Shown here one piece after another: positions 34,218 to 48,536 of a stretch of 64,000 nucleotides of DNA. The translations under genes and the position numbers were made by a program. Each line of letters opens with the position of its first letter. Position 1 is the stretch's first letter. Source of the DNA: Amphiscolops sp. MND2022 (taxonomy: Eukaryota); the NCBI GenBank assembly GCA_964187785.1, contig OZ076409.1:25732001-25796000 (forward strand), written 5' to 3'. The notes beneath the pieces are model-generated. The model was not told the DNA's origin. It saw nothing but the letters and a program-made list of their open reading frames with translations, and did not search any database.

Positions 34218-37200
34218 AAAACAATGTTTAATCGAAAACTGGACACCTTTTTGTCTTTTTGCATGTTTTGGCACTAATTCAATAGAAAAAGTCTTTTAGT
34301 CCCGCTAGCTTATTCAACAGTTCTGCTGAAAACTCTGTTCTTCCTATTATACACGATTTTCCATTGTGGCGACTGTGAAGCGATTTTGTTTATACAAAAG
34401 ATAACAACTACCTTATATGAAGGTGTTCATCTTGAAACATTGAGCTAAAATTGTAGCTAAAAACCGTTCCTGTGAGTTTTTCATGGCTTTCTAAGACTGA
34501 AAGAAAATAATGTCCCACGACAATAGCACGTGTCATTGTTAACTCCCCTTCAATTGTATTTTTTTAAAAAAAAACAACAAATCCAACTCAAATCCCTGAG
34601 AATAAACGAAAGTTTTTGGTAGTAAAGCCCCATAGAAGTTGGAGAAATTTTCGTCTTCGGAAATAATTGTTCAAAGTTGACCAAACCTGTGGGCACTGTT
34701 TGAAAAGGAAGTAATCAAAGAAAAGTTACCTTATGCCTGTCCTTTATAATTTGAAGCGACCCAGGAAGCAGAAAATTAGGCGAGAGATCGAGAAAATTAT
34801 AAAGTTGAAAATTGTTTGGGTAATTTTCCAACTGGGGTAATTAGGTCTTTTTGCAAGATCGCTGCAAAGCCAATACGATTTCCCTTGAGGCTGGGAATTA
34901 ACTTTTGCGAGGAAGTTTAATCCTGTTTATTGCAGTGGCATTTTGTTCAAATAATCAACGTTCAACATGGTTGTGAAAGTTGTCAGCAGAAGAACACACT
35001 CTATTGCTTCAAGTTCAAAATTGTAAACAAAGCCAAGTAGACGATACAAATGCAAATGTTTTGACTGGGAGATAAAATTTGGATTATCTTAACTGGTATC
35101 TCATTCATTCTCCAGTCTTTTATATGTCATTTGGTTGTAAAATGGGGCCAAGAAGAAAACTAAGTTGGGTAATCGGTCACTACAAACATGTTTGGATTAT
35201 TTGGAAGCCGATTTCTCCTGAATTTTAAGATTTTGCCACTCATAAAACCGTATCAACTTACGCAAAATGTCAACAATGTTTCTCTACCCTAGTCGAATCT
35301 ACCGGGAAGTTTTCCATGCTGCATTCATGCATGCAGGCTAAATTTTTTAATGAAAAATTCAGGGACCCTGCATGGAAATTTTTGTAAAACTTCCAAGCAG
35401 TTTCTAAAATGCTCTGAGCATATCCATGCACTTTGAAAAAATTTCCAAGCAGTTCACAAAATTTTTTTTAAGAAAGGAAGCAGGATAACGAGGGCACCAA
35501 CCGATCTTAAAACTCCACAGAACATCGAAATCTTTTTCAAACGCATCCTCCTCATCTCAAAACCTACTGTACTTCAACAGAAACAATTTCAACGAAAAAA
35601 AATCAATTGAACGAAAACAAATTCAGACAAATAGACACAAAAAAGAAATTCGACAAGTCACAGAGTATCATGGGAATGGATTTAGATGAGCGCCTGGATG
35701 TAGCGGTGACAATATTTTGTCAATTCATTCAAGGTTCTTTAGGCCAAACTAATTTTCCGATCGTAGCTATAACTGCGGTCACTTCTGAAGCACTGAAAAA
35801 GTGGTTTTAGACGTTATTCTACGAGATTATAGGTATTTTAGTCGTTATTCCAGAGAAATACAGTGTTTTTAGATCCTTCTGGACCCAAAGATATTTATTT
35901 TAGACGTTATTCTACAAATATAGTGATTTTAGACGTTAATCCCCAAAAAAGCTATATTAGAGGTTATTCCGCAAAAACAGTGATTTTAGACGTTATGCTA
36001 CCAGAATATGCGTATTTTAGTCGTTATTCCAGAGAAATACAGTGTTTTTAGATCTTATCCGAGCCAAATATAATAATTTCAGACTTTATTCCACAATTAT
36101 TGTGATATAAATGACAATATTTGTGGAATAACGTCTAAACGTAAAGTAGTCAATAAAAATCGTATAGAACTTCTATACGAAAAAGATTTTGTTTTTCCTA
36201 AACACGAAAAGTGATCAATATTTTTCACCAAACAAAATTCTAGTAATACGAATTTGTTTGCAACACTGGCAATTTGTTTACGTCTCTTGTAGCGTCTGTG
36301 CCTACAAAATTAGACGCTTTGCCCAGAAAAACCTACAAAATTTTGCGGACTATTTGGTTTTGATCTTCTTGATGCTGCTCTGAAAACCCGCCAAACTGTA
36401 GAGAAATCTTGATAAATACCTGAAAAATTAGTGACGCAGCATGAAAATATTAAGCATGAAAATTTCTCTAAGCAGCTCCCAAAAACCTAATAAATTTGCC
36501 TTGCAACCTATAAAAGCATGTAAAACGTTTGAGCACTTTCAACTAGGGTAATGTCAAATTTACCTGATTGAAATGCGAACAAGAGCAATAACGTCAATTG
36601 CGATAGGGCATTTCCGATTTGACGTTATAGCTGCCCAAATGAAAGAATTTTCAAGCCTAAATTTTAGTCTGGAACGTAGCACATTCAAATCATAAGAACT
36701 CAAATTTACCGCCATCCAAAACAATCTATGTTGAAAGTCTGTATAATCAATACCTAATAAAATGTTCAGGGTTTCGTTGATAGGTTTTTTAACAAAACGT
36801 GGTAGAACAAGAAAGTTACTTTAATAGAAGTCTATACAAAATTCAACAGTCTGAACAAATTGTTAGAGCCATGGCAACTACCATTCAATACCAAAGCAAG
36901 AAAGCCGAGATGGATACAGATGATGAAGACGATGGTATTGACGAAGACGATGAAGAAATGCCGGACGCGATCGGAAAGAGCTATGAAGCTATGACACGTC
37001 CGAGAGAGACGGAAGATACACACCCATCCGAACTGATCCGGAAAAGGACGCCATCCAAATTCACACCGGATGGCGCAACCCCACAGCGTCAGAAAATTTC
37101 TGATAAAATCAGACGGTCAGACCGAAACACTAATAAACCGAATAGATACGGTTGCGTACCTATACAAAAAACTTTTAGATAAGACTAATTAATTAAGACT

Positions 37201-40200
37201 GTTACAGGTCCAATGTGGAACAGGACGAAAGGCACCCCCAGCAGGAAAAGATTCAGAAGCCCGCGGATTTCATGCTAGGAGACATGACACCACCTCGGAA
37301 CCTCCAACATGTAGAAAGCTCGCGAAAGAGAGAGGAGGAAATGTCATACGGTTCATCCGATCAATATGACCTCTACCCAAATGCGGTCGCAGAATACCTG
37401 CTCGTGTTTGTCAACAAAACCTATAGATATACAACTGTTATATCATGTGGAGTTCTATTACAATGAGATTTTATATACCAAGCCTAATCGTATCGTGAGA
37501 TTACAACAAAAACAATGTTTAATCGAAAACTGGACACTTTTTTGTCTTTTTGCATGTTTTGGCACTAATTCAATAGAAAAAGTCTTTTAGTCCCGCTAGC
37601 TTATTCAACAGTTCTGCTGAAAACTCTGTTCTTCCTATTATACACGATTTTCCATTGTGGCGACTGTGAAGCGATTTTGTTTATACAAAAGATAACAACT
37701 ACCTTATATGAAGGTGTTCATCTTGAAACATTGAGCTAAAATTGTAGCTAAAAACCGTTCCTGTGAGTTTTTCATGGCTTTCTAAGACTGAAAGAAAATA
37801 ATGTCCCACGACAATAGCACGTGTCATTGTTAACTCCCCTTCAATTGTATTTTTTTTAAAAAAAAAACAACAAATCCAACTCAAATCCCTGAGAATAAAC
37901 GAAAGTTTTTGGTAGTAAAGCCCCATAGAAGTTGGAGAAATTTTCGTCTTCGGAAATAATTGTTCAAAGTTGACCAAACCTGTGGGCACTGTTTGAAAAG
38001 GAAGTAATCAAAGAAAAGTTACCTTATGCCTGTCCTTTATAATTTGAAGCGACCCAGGAAGCAGAAAATTAGGCGAGAGATCGAGAAAATTATAAAGTTG
38101 AAAATTGTTTGGGTAATTTTCCAACTGGGGTAATTAGGTCTTTTTGCAAGATCGCTGCAAAGCCAATACGATTTCCCTTGAGGCTGGGAATTAACTTTTG
38201 CGAGGAAGTTTAATCCTGTTTATTGCAGTGGCATTTTGTTCAAATAATCAACGTTCAACATGGTTGTGAAAGTTGTCAGCAGAAGAACACACTCTATTGC
38301 TTCAAGTTCAAAATTGTAAACAAAGCCAAGTAGACGATACAAATGCAAATGTTTTGACTGGGAGATAAAATTTGGATTATCTTAACTGGTATCTCATTCA
38401 TTCTCCACTCTTTTATATGTCATTTGGTTGTAAAATGGGGCCAAGAAGAAAACTAAGTTGGGTAATCGGTCACTACAAACATGTTTGGATTATTTGGAAG
38501 CCGATTTCTCCTGAATTTTAAGATTTTGCCACTCATAAAACCGTATCAACTTACGCAAAATGTCAACAATGTTTCTCTACCCTAGTCGAATCTACCGGGA
38601 AGTTTTCCATGCTGCATTCATGCATGCAGGCTAAATTTTTTAATGAAAAATTCAGGGACCCTGCATGGAAATTTTTGTAAAACTTCCAAGCAGTTTCTAA
38701 AATGCTCTGAGCATATCCATGCACTTTGAAGAAATTTCCAAGCAGTTCACAAAATTTTTTTTAAGAAAGGAAGCAGGATAACGAGGGCACCAACCGATCT
38801 TAAAACTCCACAGAACATCGAAATCTTTTTCAAACGCATCCTCCTCATCTCAAAACCTACTGTACTTCAACAGAAACAATTTCAACGAAAAAAAATCAAT
38901 TGAACGAAAACAAATTCGAACAAATAGACACAAAAAAGAAATTCGACAAGTCACAGAGTATCATGGGAATGGATTTAGATGAGCATCTGGATGTAGCGGT
39001 GACAATATTTTGTCAATTCATTCAAGGTTCTTTAGGCCAAACTAATTTTCCGATCGTAGCTATAACTGCGGTCACTTCTGAAGCACTGAAAAAGTGGTTT
39101 TAGACGTTATTCTACGAGATTATAGGTCTTTTAGTCGTTATTCCAGAGAAATACAGTGTTATTAGATCCTTCTGGACCCAAAGATATTTATTTTAGACGT
39201 TATTCTACAAATATAGTGATTTTAGACGTTAATCCCCAAAAAAACTATATTAGAGGTTATTCCGCAAAAACAGTGATTTTAGACGTTATGCTACCAGAAT
39301 ATGCGTATTTTAGTCGTTATTCCAGAGAAATACAGTGTTTTTAGATCTTATCCGAGCCAAATATAATAATTTCAGACTTTATTCCACAATTATTGTGATA
39401 TAAATGACAATATTTGTGGAATAACGTCTAAACGTAAAGTAGTCAATAAAAATCGTATAGAACTTCTATACGAAAAAGATTTTGTTTTTCCTAAACACGA
39501 AAAGTGATCAATATTTTTCACCAAACAAAATTCTAGTAATACGAATTTGTTTGCAACACTGGCAATTTGTTTACGTCTCTTGTAGCGTCTGTGCCTACAA
39601 AATTAGACGCTTTGCCCAGAAAAACCTACAAAATTTTGCGGACTATTTGGTTTTGATCTTCTTGATGCTGCTCTGAAAACCCGCCAAACTGTAGAGAAAT
39701 CTTGATAAATACCTGAAAAATTAGTGACGCAGCATGAAAATATTAAGCATGAAAATTTCTCTAAGCAGCTCCCAAAAACCTAATAAATTAGCCTTGCAAC
39801 CTATAAAAGCATGTAAAACGTTTGAGCACTTTCAACTAGGGTAATGTCAAATTTACCTGATTGAAATGCGAACAAGAGCAATAACGTCAATTGCGATAGG
39901 GCATTTCCGATTTGACGTTATAGCTGCCCAAATGAAAGAATTTTCAAGCCTAAATTTTAGTCTGGAACGTAGCACATTCAAATCATAAGAACTCAAATTT
40001 ACCGCCATCCAAAACAATCTATGTTGAAAGTCTGTATAATCAATACCTAATAAAATGTTCAGGGTTTCGTTGATAGGTTTTTTAACAAAACGTGGTAGAA
40101 CAAGAAAGTTACTTTAATAGAAGTCTATACAAAATTCAACAGTCTGAACAAATTGTTAGAGCCATGGCAACTACCATTCAATACCAAAGCAAGAAAGCCG

Positions 40201-43200
40201 AGATGGATACAGATGATGAAGACGATGGTATTGACGAAGACGATGAAGAAATGCCGGACGAGATCGGAAAGAGCTATGAAGCTATGACACGTCCGAGAGA
40301 GACGGAAGATACACACCCATCCGAACTGATCCGGAAAAGGACGCCATCCAAATTCACACCGGATGGCGCAACCCCACAGCGTCAGAAAATTTCTGATAAA
40401 ATCAGACGGTCAGACCGAAACACTAATAAACCGAATAGATACGGTTGCGTACCTATACAAAAAACTTTTAGATAAGACTAATTAATTAAGACTGTTACAG
40501 GTCCAATGTGGAACAGGACGAAAGGCACCCCCAGCAGGAAAAGATTCAGAAGCCCGCGGATTTCATGCTAGGAGACATGACACCACCTCGGAACCTCCAA
40601 CATGTAGAAAGCTCGCGAAAGAGAGAGGAGGAAATGTCATACGGTTCATCCGATCAATATGACCTCTACCCAAATGCGGTCGCAGAATACCTGCTCGTGT
40701 TTGTCAACAAAACCTATAGATATACAACTGTTATATCATGTGGAGTTCTATTACAATGAGATTTTATATACCAAGCCTAATCGTATCGTGAGATTACAAC
40801 AAAAACAATGTTTAATCGAAAACTGGACACCTTTTTGTCTTTTTGCATGTTTTGGCACTAATTCAATAGAAAAAGTCTTTTAGTCCCGCTAGCTTATTCA
40901 ACAGTTCTGCTGAAAACTCTGTTCTTCCTATTATACACGATTTTCCATTGTGGCGACTGTGAAGCGATTTTGTTTATACAAAAGATAACAACTACCTTAT
41001 ATGAAGGTGTTCATCTTGAAACATTGAGCTAAAATTGTAGCTAAAAACCGTTCCTGTGAGTTTTTCATGGCTTTCTAAGACTGAAAGAAAATAATGTCCC
41101 ACGACAATAGCACGTGTCATTGTTAACTCCCCTTCAATTGTATTTTTTTTAAAAAAAAAAACAACAAATCCAACTCAAATCCCTGAGAAAAAACGAAAGT
41201 TTTTGGTAGTAAAGCCCCATAGAAGTTGGAGAAATTTTCGTCTTCGGAAATAATTGTTCAAAGTTGACCAAACCTGTGGGCACTGTTTGAAAAGGAAGTA
41301 ATCAAAGAAAAGTTACCTTATGCCTGTCCTTTATAATTTGAAGCGACCCAGGAAGCAGAAAATTAGGCGAGAGATCGAGAAAATTATAAAGTTGAAAATT
41401 GTTTGGGTAATTTTCCAACTGGGGTAATTAGGTCTTTTTGCAAGATCGCTGCAAAGCCAATACGATTTCCCTTGAGGCTGGGAATTAACTTTTGCGAGGA
41501 AGTTTAATCCTGTTTATTGCAGTGGCATTTTGTTCAAATAATCAACGTTCAACATGGTTGTGAAAGTTGTCAGCAGAAGAACACACTCTATTGCTTCAAG
41601 TTCAAAATTGTAAACAAAGCCAAGTAGACGATACAAATGCAAATGTTTTGACTGGGAGATAAAATTTGGATTATCTTAACTGGTATCTCATTCATTCTCC
41701 ACTCTTTTATATGTCATTTGGTTGTAAAATGGGGCCAAGAAGAAAACTAAGTTGGGTAATCGGTCACTACAAACATGTTTGGATTATTTGGAAGCCGATT
41801 TCTCCTGAATTTTAAGATTTTGCCACTCATAAAACCGTATCAACTTACGCAAAATGTCAACAATGTTTCTCTACCCTAGTCGAATCTACCGGGAAGTTTT
41901 CCATGCTGCATTCATGCATGCAGGCTAAATTTTTTAATGAAAAATTCAGGGACCCTGCATGGAAATTTTTGTAAAACTTCCAAGCAGTTTCTAAAATGCT
42001 CTGAGCATATCCATGCACTTTGAAAAAATTTCCAAGCAGTTCACAAAATTTTTTTTAAGAAAGGAAACAGGATAACGAGGGCACCAACCGATCTTAAAAC
42101 TCCACAGAACATCGAAATCTTTTTCAAACGCATCCTCCTCATCTCAAAACCTACTGTACTTCAACAGAAACAATTTCAACGAAAAAAAATCAATTGAACG
42201 AAAACAAATTCAGACAAATAGACACAAAAAAGAAATTCGACAAGTCACAGAGTATCATGGGAATGGATTTAGATGAGCGCCTGGATGTAGCGGTGACAAT
42301 ATTTTGTCAATTCATTCAAGGTTCTTTAGGCCAAACTAATTTTCCGATCGTAGCTATAACTGCGGTCACTTCTGAAGCACTGAAAAAGTGGTTTTAGACG
42401 TTATTCTACGAGATTATAGGTATTTTAGTCGTTATTCCAGAGAAATACAGTGTTTTTAGATCCTTCTGGACCCAAAGATATTTATTTTAGACGTTATTCT
42501 ACAAATATAGTGATTTTAGACGTTAATCCCCAAAAAAGCTATTTTAGAGGTTATTCCGCAAAAACAGTGATTTTAGACGTTATGCTACCAGAATATGCGT
42601 ATTTTAGTCGTTATTCCAGAGAAATACAGTGTTTTTAGATCTTATCCGAGCCAAATATAATAATTTCAGACTTTATTCCACAATTATTGTGATATAAATG
42701 ACAATATTTGTGGAATAACGTCTAAACGTAAAGTAGTCAATAAAAATCGTATAGAACTTCTATACGAAAAAGATTTTGTTTTTCCTAAACACGAAAAGTG
42801 ATCAATATTTTTCACCAAACAAAATTCTAGTAATACGAATTTGTTTGCAACACTGGCAATTTGTTTACGTCTCTTGTAGCGTCTGTGCCTACAAAATTAG
42901 ACGCTTTGCCCAGAAAAACCTACAAAATTTTGCGGACTATTTGGTTTTGATCTTCTTGATGCTGCTCTGAAAACCCGCCAAACTGTAGAGAAATCTTGAT
43001 AAATACCTGAAAAATTAGTGACGCAGCATGAAAATATTAAGCATGAAAATTTCTCTAAGCAGCTCCCAAAAACCTAATAAATTAGCCTTGCAACCTATAA
43101 AAGCATGTAAAACGTTTGAGCACTTTCAACTAGGGTAATGTCAAATTTACCTGATTGAAATGCGAACAAGAGCAATAACGTCAATTGCGATAGGGCATTT

Positions 43201-43487
43201 CCGATTTGACGTTATAGCTGCCCAAATGAAAGAATTTTCAAGCCTAAATTTTAGTCTGGAACGTAGCACATTCAAATCATAAGAACTCAAATTTACCGCC
43301 ATCCAAAACAATCTATGTTGAAAGTCTGTATAATCAATACCTAATAAAATGTTCAGGGTTTCGTTGATAGGTTTTTTAACAAAACGTGGTAGAACAAGAA
43401 AGTTACTTTAATAGAAGTCTATACAAAATTCAACAGTCTGAACAAATTGTTAGAGCCATGGCAACTACCATTCAATACCAAAGCAAG
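33600..43487 (+). repeat. Tandem triplication of a ~3.29-kb unit
   Basis: Near-identical units start at 33600, 36891 and 40184; CCAAAGCAAG marks all four boundaries (last at 43478-43487); extra copies of C's 3' LTR at 37342-37508 and 40635-40801. Confidence 0.95.
35805..36140 (+). repeat. Degenerate ~30-bp minisatellite (TTTTAGACGTTATTC core), copied in each triplicated unit
   Basis: About ten TTTTAG[AT]CGTTAT-like cores and a terminal inverted copy (GAATAACGTCTAAA). Confidence 0.7.
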
Positions 43488-45107
43488 GTGGTTTGGAAGC
43501 AAGCCACAAAACATAAAAAACCTGAACACGGAAAATTCAACATTTGTTCTTTGAAATTTCATACAGTTTATGATTTTGTTTTCCGCAAACAATGTGGAAT
43601 TCGAGACAAGTGTAACGGCAAGCAGTGATTGGTTGTGTAGCACATTACCAGAGGTGGAGGAACCTGCGGAATGGGTTAATCGTTCAGGACAGGCACCCAT
43701 CGCCACAAGTCCATTTTGCCTCCAAGGTTAAATATGTCGAGTAGGGCCGTAGGGGAAGGTTCTGCGCCAGCTAAATACTTACCGACCGGTCAGTGTCTGT
43801 GAATGCTGAGTAACGGGAATGTTTCTGACATTCTAAGGACCATCGTTCAAATAGTTTTTAAAAACTGGGCCAAGAATAATGTAAATTTCCTTAAGATAAA
43901 AACGATATTATTGTTTAAATTGAAAAAAAATGCAATTGTTCGACAGTGGTCAGGAGCAACCCACACACACTTGGCAAAAATCGAAAAACAGAACAGATTT
44001 CACGTCAAAAATTTGAATCGCGCGGATTTCAATTATTGTATACGTTATACCAGAAAAACGGTAGTATAATTACTCGAAAATTCAACACAAATCAAATTCG
44101 AACCCCACACTCTTCCTGTTAATACCTATGAAAACTCGGTTACAAAAACAGAAAACATTCCAGGGTAACGTCAGCAGATCATCGCAATAAACGTTTCGTT
44201 TGTTCACAAAACGGTATTATTATAGTTCAATTTGGAAAGACAGGAAAGAGGTTCGACACTAGTTGAATGGGTCCTCCCATCAAAAATGTTTCTCCTATTT
44301 CAAATCTTCATCCCTTGCTTAGTAGTAAGAGCAACGGTGAGCAATCAGGCCTTTGTGACTATGAGCAAGTCACTTTGACATCACAGCTTCAAGCCGACCA
44401 TTGCTTGACCATTTGGCTGCAAATATGGTAACAGAGCTTGCTATGGGGGAATAGTATCCGAAAAAGGCGTCGATTTAGAAAAACGGAACTACTTATTCGG
44501 CGTCCGCCCCGCGGATTTGAGAAATTAACTTTCTTTTTCCTTCAACATGACTAATATTTCGCCGGGAATTTTGAAGTTTTAAAATACTTTCAGAAGTTTT
44601 ATTGATCATTCCTTCGAGATAATCGATAGAAAATGAGGTTGTATGTGAGGTTGGTTACTCAACTCCTCTTTTCCCCCTTTTTTCCGAGTTTTACACTTTT
44701 TGGTATTGAAATAAAATTCATGGGGGTCCTGTATTACAAACATTACAACAATCGATGACAATTTGAGAGGTGTCTTGCATTGGGCGGATGCGTCATGATA
44801 TGAGTAACACGTAATACGGTATTTCAATTTCAACAAAAAAAGCATTTTTTTCAAACAATCTCATCGCTTTGGATTTTACAAGTTTTCAATTTAGATGACA
44901 ATTCTTTTATTTCAATTAGTTCAAAGCAAGCTTGGAGTTGAAATGTTTCGTTTCAAGCTGTCTTAAAATTTAAAAAAAATCACTTCGAGCGATACCCTGT
45001 GAGTCACAAGCGTAAACAGACAGAAGTGTGAGTGATTACATCACTGCTTGCAACTCTTCACAGGAAACGGAAACGCTTACCATTTTTGGGCAAAATCACT
45101 GAAAACA

Positions 45108-45502
45108 GGTGTCAGGACATTTCATCCTATGTAATTTCAACCTATGCAATTTCAACCGTTTGCAATTTCGACCTAAACTAATTTTGGCTATTTAGTCTTA
45201 ATTCGGTTGAGCTAGTCTTCCGGTGTAATAATTACTAATGAATCAAACAGCCTTAATTATTTGTAATAATTCATGAAGAAGCCAAAACGTACCGAAACTG
45301 GCGTAGAAATTAGCACATTTGAATTTAGAAATGTATGAAAGTTAAAACCACCAAAATAATTATGAAACTAATTAGGATCCATTAGCTAAAATTAGTTTAG
45401 GTCGAAATTGCGAACGGTTGAAAATGCAATAGGTTGAAATTGTGAGCGGTTGAAATGGCAACGGTTGAAAGTACACAGGTTGAAAGTGTATAGGACGAAA
45501 TG
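45108..45502. mobile_element. Mutator-family MITE, copy 1
   Basis: Long TIRs built from GCAATTTCAACC repeats; preceded by CTGAAAACA; duplicated at 47586-47980. Confidence 0.75.
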
Positions 45503-47552
45503 GGTTACATGTCATTTCGTCCTATGCAATTTCAACCTATGCAATTTCAACCGCTGTCATTTCAACCTATTACACTTTCAACCGCTTGCAATTTCAACCG
45601 CATGCAATTTCAACCGCTTGCAATTTCAACCGCTTGCAATTTCAACCTAATTTAATTAGTTCAAGGTCGTTGCGTTCTTTGCGAACGTCCTAAAACTAAT
45701 TGAACATAATCGAAGCGCGGCAAAATAAAAGCAAACAAACTGTCAAGACGCATAATATTGTACGCATTGAAAACTTTCGTTGCACTAAAATTGGCAATGT
45801 ACGAAAAAGACAGAATGATGTAATCGTATGACACAATTTGAAAAAGCATTCAACAACATGCTATTCGCGATCAAAAACTTATCATCGATGACGTCCATTT
45901 GAAAGTGTGAAAATGAAGTGACTGAACATTTGTGATAAGAAAGTTTTAGGTTAAATGCTATTAAAAGTCCTCATTTTTTAAAAACATTCAGTTACAATTA
46001 ACAACTTAGACAAGTGCTACTCCTTTAAAAGGTTGGTCTGATTCCTCTGTCACGCTCTTGTGGTTTCACGGGCATGGTTCTAATGTGGCTACATCAAAGA
46101 GCAGTTACGGGGAGTAGTGCGCCAACCTTCGGTACCCGTGGGAGGACGCAACCGGGTGCCAGTTAATTGTAACTGATAAAAAATTATTCCCATTGTAAAA
46201 ATTGAATTGAGCAAAACGCGATTTTCAAATACACACTCACAAAAATGAATCACATCATAAAAAGAAGCAACAAATCAATGCAGCAGAATAGTTCATTATT
46301 TTCATCTAAAGCTGGCGACTGCTCTCAAATGAGGCAAGACGTTTTCGAAATTGTAGCCACTTTGAATGACTTGCATCTGTTTTTTGATTTTTTCATAACG
46401 GGGGCGCTTGGAACAAACAACTCCAGTCGTCTCTTGAAGGTATTTAAATTTCTGCATTTTCGAATCTTTCTCCAAATTCCGTAGAAGCAACCATACGTTT
46501 GGTTGGGAGCCAGTGAAATACGCTTGAAGTCCATAATGCCAGCCTTCTACGCTGTTAGTTGTTCTTGCCACTCCTTCGCCAGCGGCCTCGAACTGGTTCC
46601 ATAATTCTATTGGGAACAGTGCCTTTTTCGTGACTGTGGGGCCCTCTATATAAGTGTTTTTAAAATAGAGTGCAAGTTCGTCCACTTTTTCGCTGATGCT
46701 GTCATCAAACGTCTCCTTATCAATGACTTCAGCAATTTCTTCTACTACCATTTCAAAAGATGCTTTTACATGACAGGGCGGGACATGGGCAAGCGCGGGA
46801 AGCATTCTAAGTGCCAAATTGAAATCCGGGCAGTTTTCGTAAAAAACTTTCAGACCAATTCAGGAAAGCTGGACTGCATAATCGTCGGAGATAACCGATA
46901 TTTCACTTGCGATGGCCACCGTTGGTGTCAATGACTCGGACTTTTGTTTAATTTGGTTAACAACTTCTTTCGCTTTACACTCGGAAGGGTCGCTTTCATG
47001 AGTGTGACTGTCTTTCAAACTAATGACCACGTTCTGGTTTGTCTTCAAAACGGCAGGGCATTTAATTGAATAGTATTTCGTGCATCTCCAATGAATGCAA
47101 CTTGAAGTGACTTGTTTTTGATTGTAACAGTAACCGTTGTGTACTACAATATTGCCCCCTCTATTTGATTTTATGATTTGAATTAACATTTTGAGTTTTA
47201 AGATTCCAAATTATTGAGCTTGTTGTGTGGACTGGCTACAATACAGCTGACTTCGCTATTTATACTAGTAAAACGTTGCAAGTAATTATCACATTTCATA
47301 GTGTGAAAGATTATTGTTAGTTGCTGGACTCTTATAATAGCTTTACTAATTACCATATAAGCTTTCATAATTAGCACGGCTTGAGAGCAATTAGGCGGAA
47401 ATGTGATAGGTTGAAATTGCCGTAGGTTGAAATTGCAAAAGGTTGAAAGTGTGAACGGTTGAAATTGCAAGCGGTTGAAATTGTGAACGGTTGAATTGGC
47501 AGCGGTTGAAATTGCATAGGTTGAAATTGCATAGGACGAAATGTCCTGACAC
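45503..47552 (-). mobile_element. Internally deleted FLYWCH-MULE (Mutator-like) DNA transposon
   Basis: TIRs CATTTCGTCCTATGCAATTTCAACC with tandem subterminal repeats; transposase relic inside. Confidence 0.85.
46302..47189 (-). pseudogene. MULE transposase remnant: FLYWCH N-terminus plus C-terminal part, central core deleted
   Basis: HNGYCY...WRC...CPA...HTH (FLYWCH); in-frame TGA at 46860-46862; then GLKVFY...LPALAHVP...YFKNTYI...FPIELWN...RTTNSVEGWH. Confidence 0.85.
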
Positions 47553-47585
47553 GCTTACCATTTTTGGGCAAAATCACTGAAAACA

Positions 47586-47985
47586 GGTGTCAGGACATTT
47601 CATCCTATGTAATTTCAACCTATGCAATTTCAACCGTTTGCAATTTCGACCTAAACTAATTTTGGCTATTTAGTCTTAATTCGGTTGAGCTAGTCTTCCG
47701 GTGTAATAATTACTAATGAATCAAACAGCCTTAATTATTTGTAATAATTCATGAAGAAGCCAAAACGTACCGAAACTGGCGTAGAAATTAGCACATTTGA
47801 ATTTAGAAATGTATGAAAGTTAAAACCACCAAAATAATTATGAAACTAATTAGGATCCATTAGCTAAAATTAGTTTAGGTCGAAATTGCGAACGGTTGAA
47901 AATGCAATAGGTTGAAATTGTGAGCGGTTGAAATGGCAACGGTTGAAAGTACACAGGTTGAAAGTGTATAGGACGAAATGAAACC
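47586..47985. mobile_element. Mutator-family MITE, copy 2, with 9-bp TSD
   Basis: CTGAAAACA at 47577-47585 and 47986-47994. Confidence 0.8.
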
Positions 47986-48536
47986 CTGAAAACAAATACA
48001 TTTGTCAGATTTCATTTTTATTTACAATACTGATAAAAGTTGTTGCAAACGCTTGCTGTATACAAAATTGTTGCCATTCTTGAATTAAACAACTTTAGCA
48101 TCCGTATTGAAAAGTTCATCCCGAAGTGTAAGAACCATTTTCAAATCCACGGTTTAATTCGATTTGGTGGTAAACACACTGGAAAATCATGGGAAAAGAG
48201 ACGCTGGTTAAAATCATTTGTTCCTGACAAATGTTAAATGATAATCCATGTTTCCTGGTAACGGTTCTACGTCAAAAATGCCGACATTGACTCGGTTTCG
48301 ATCATGTTTTTGTATCTACGAGTGTTCTCTCAATTTTCCAGCAAATTTTTCAAGTTGCCTTCATGCACACAGAGTTCATTTTAGACTAAACATGTAAAAA
48401 CCCGGGATATTGTATTTAACCATTCTTCCGGATTGTACTACTGCTTCGACGATTGCAACAACAATTATCACTTCGTTATTGACCTAATAAATTGGTTTTC
48501 TCATCTTTGCTTCTCGTCTACTCAGCTGTAGACATA

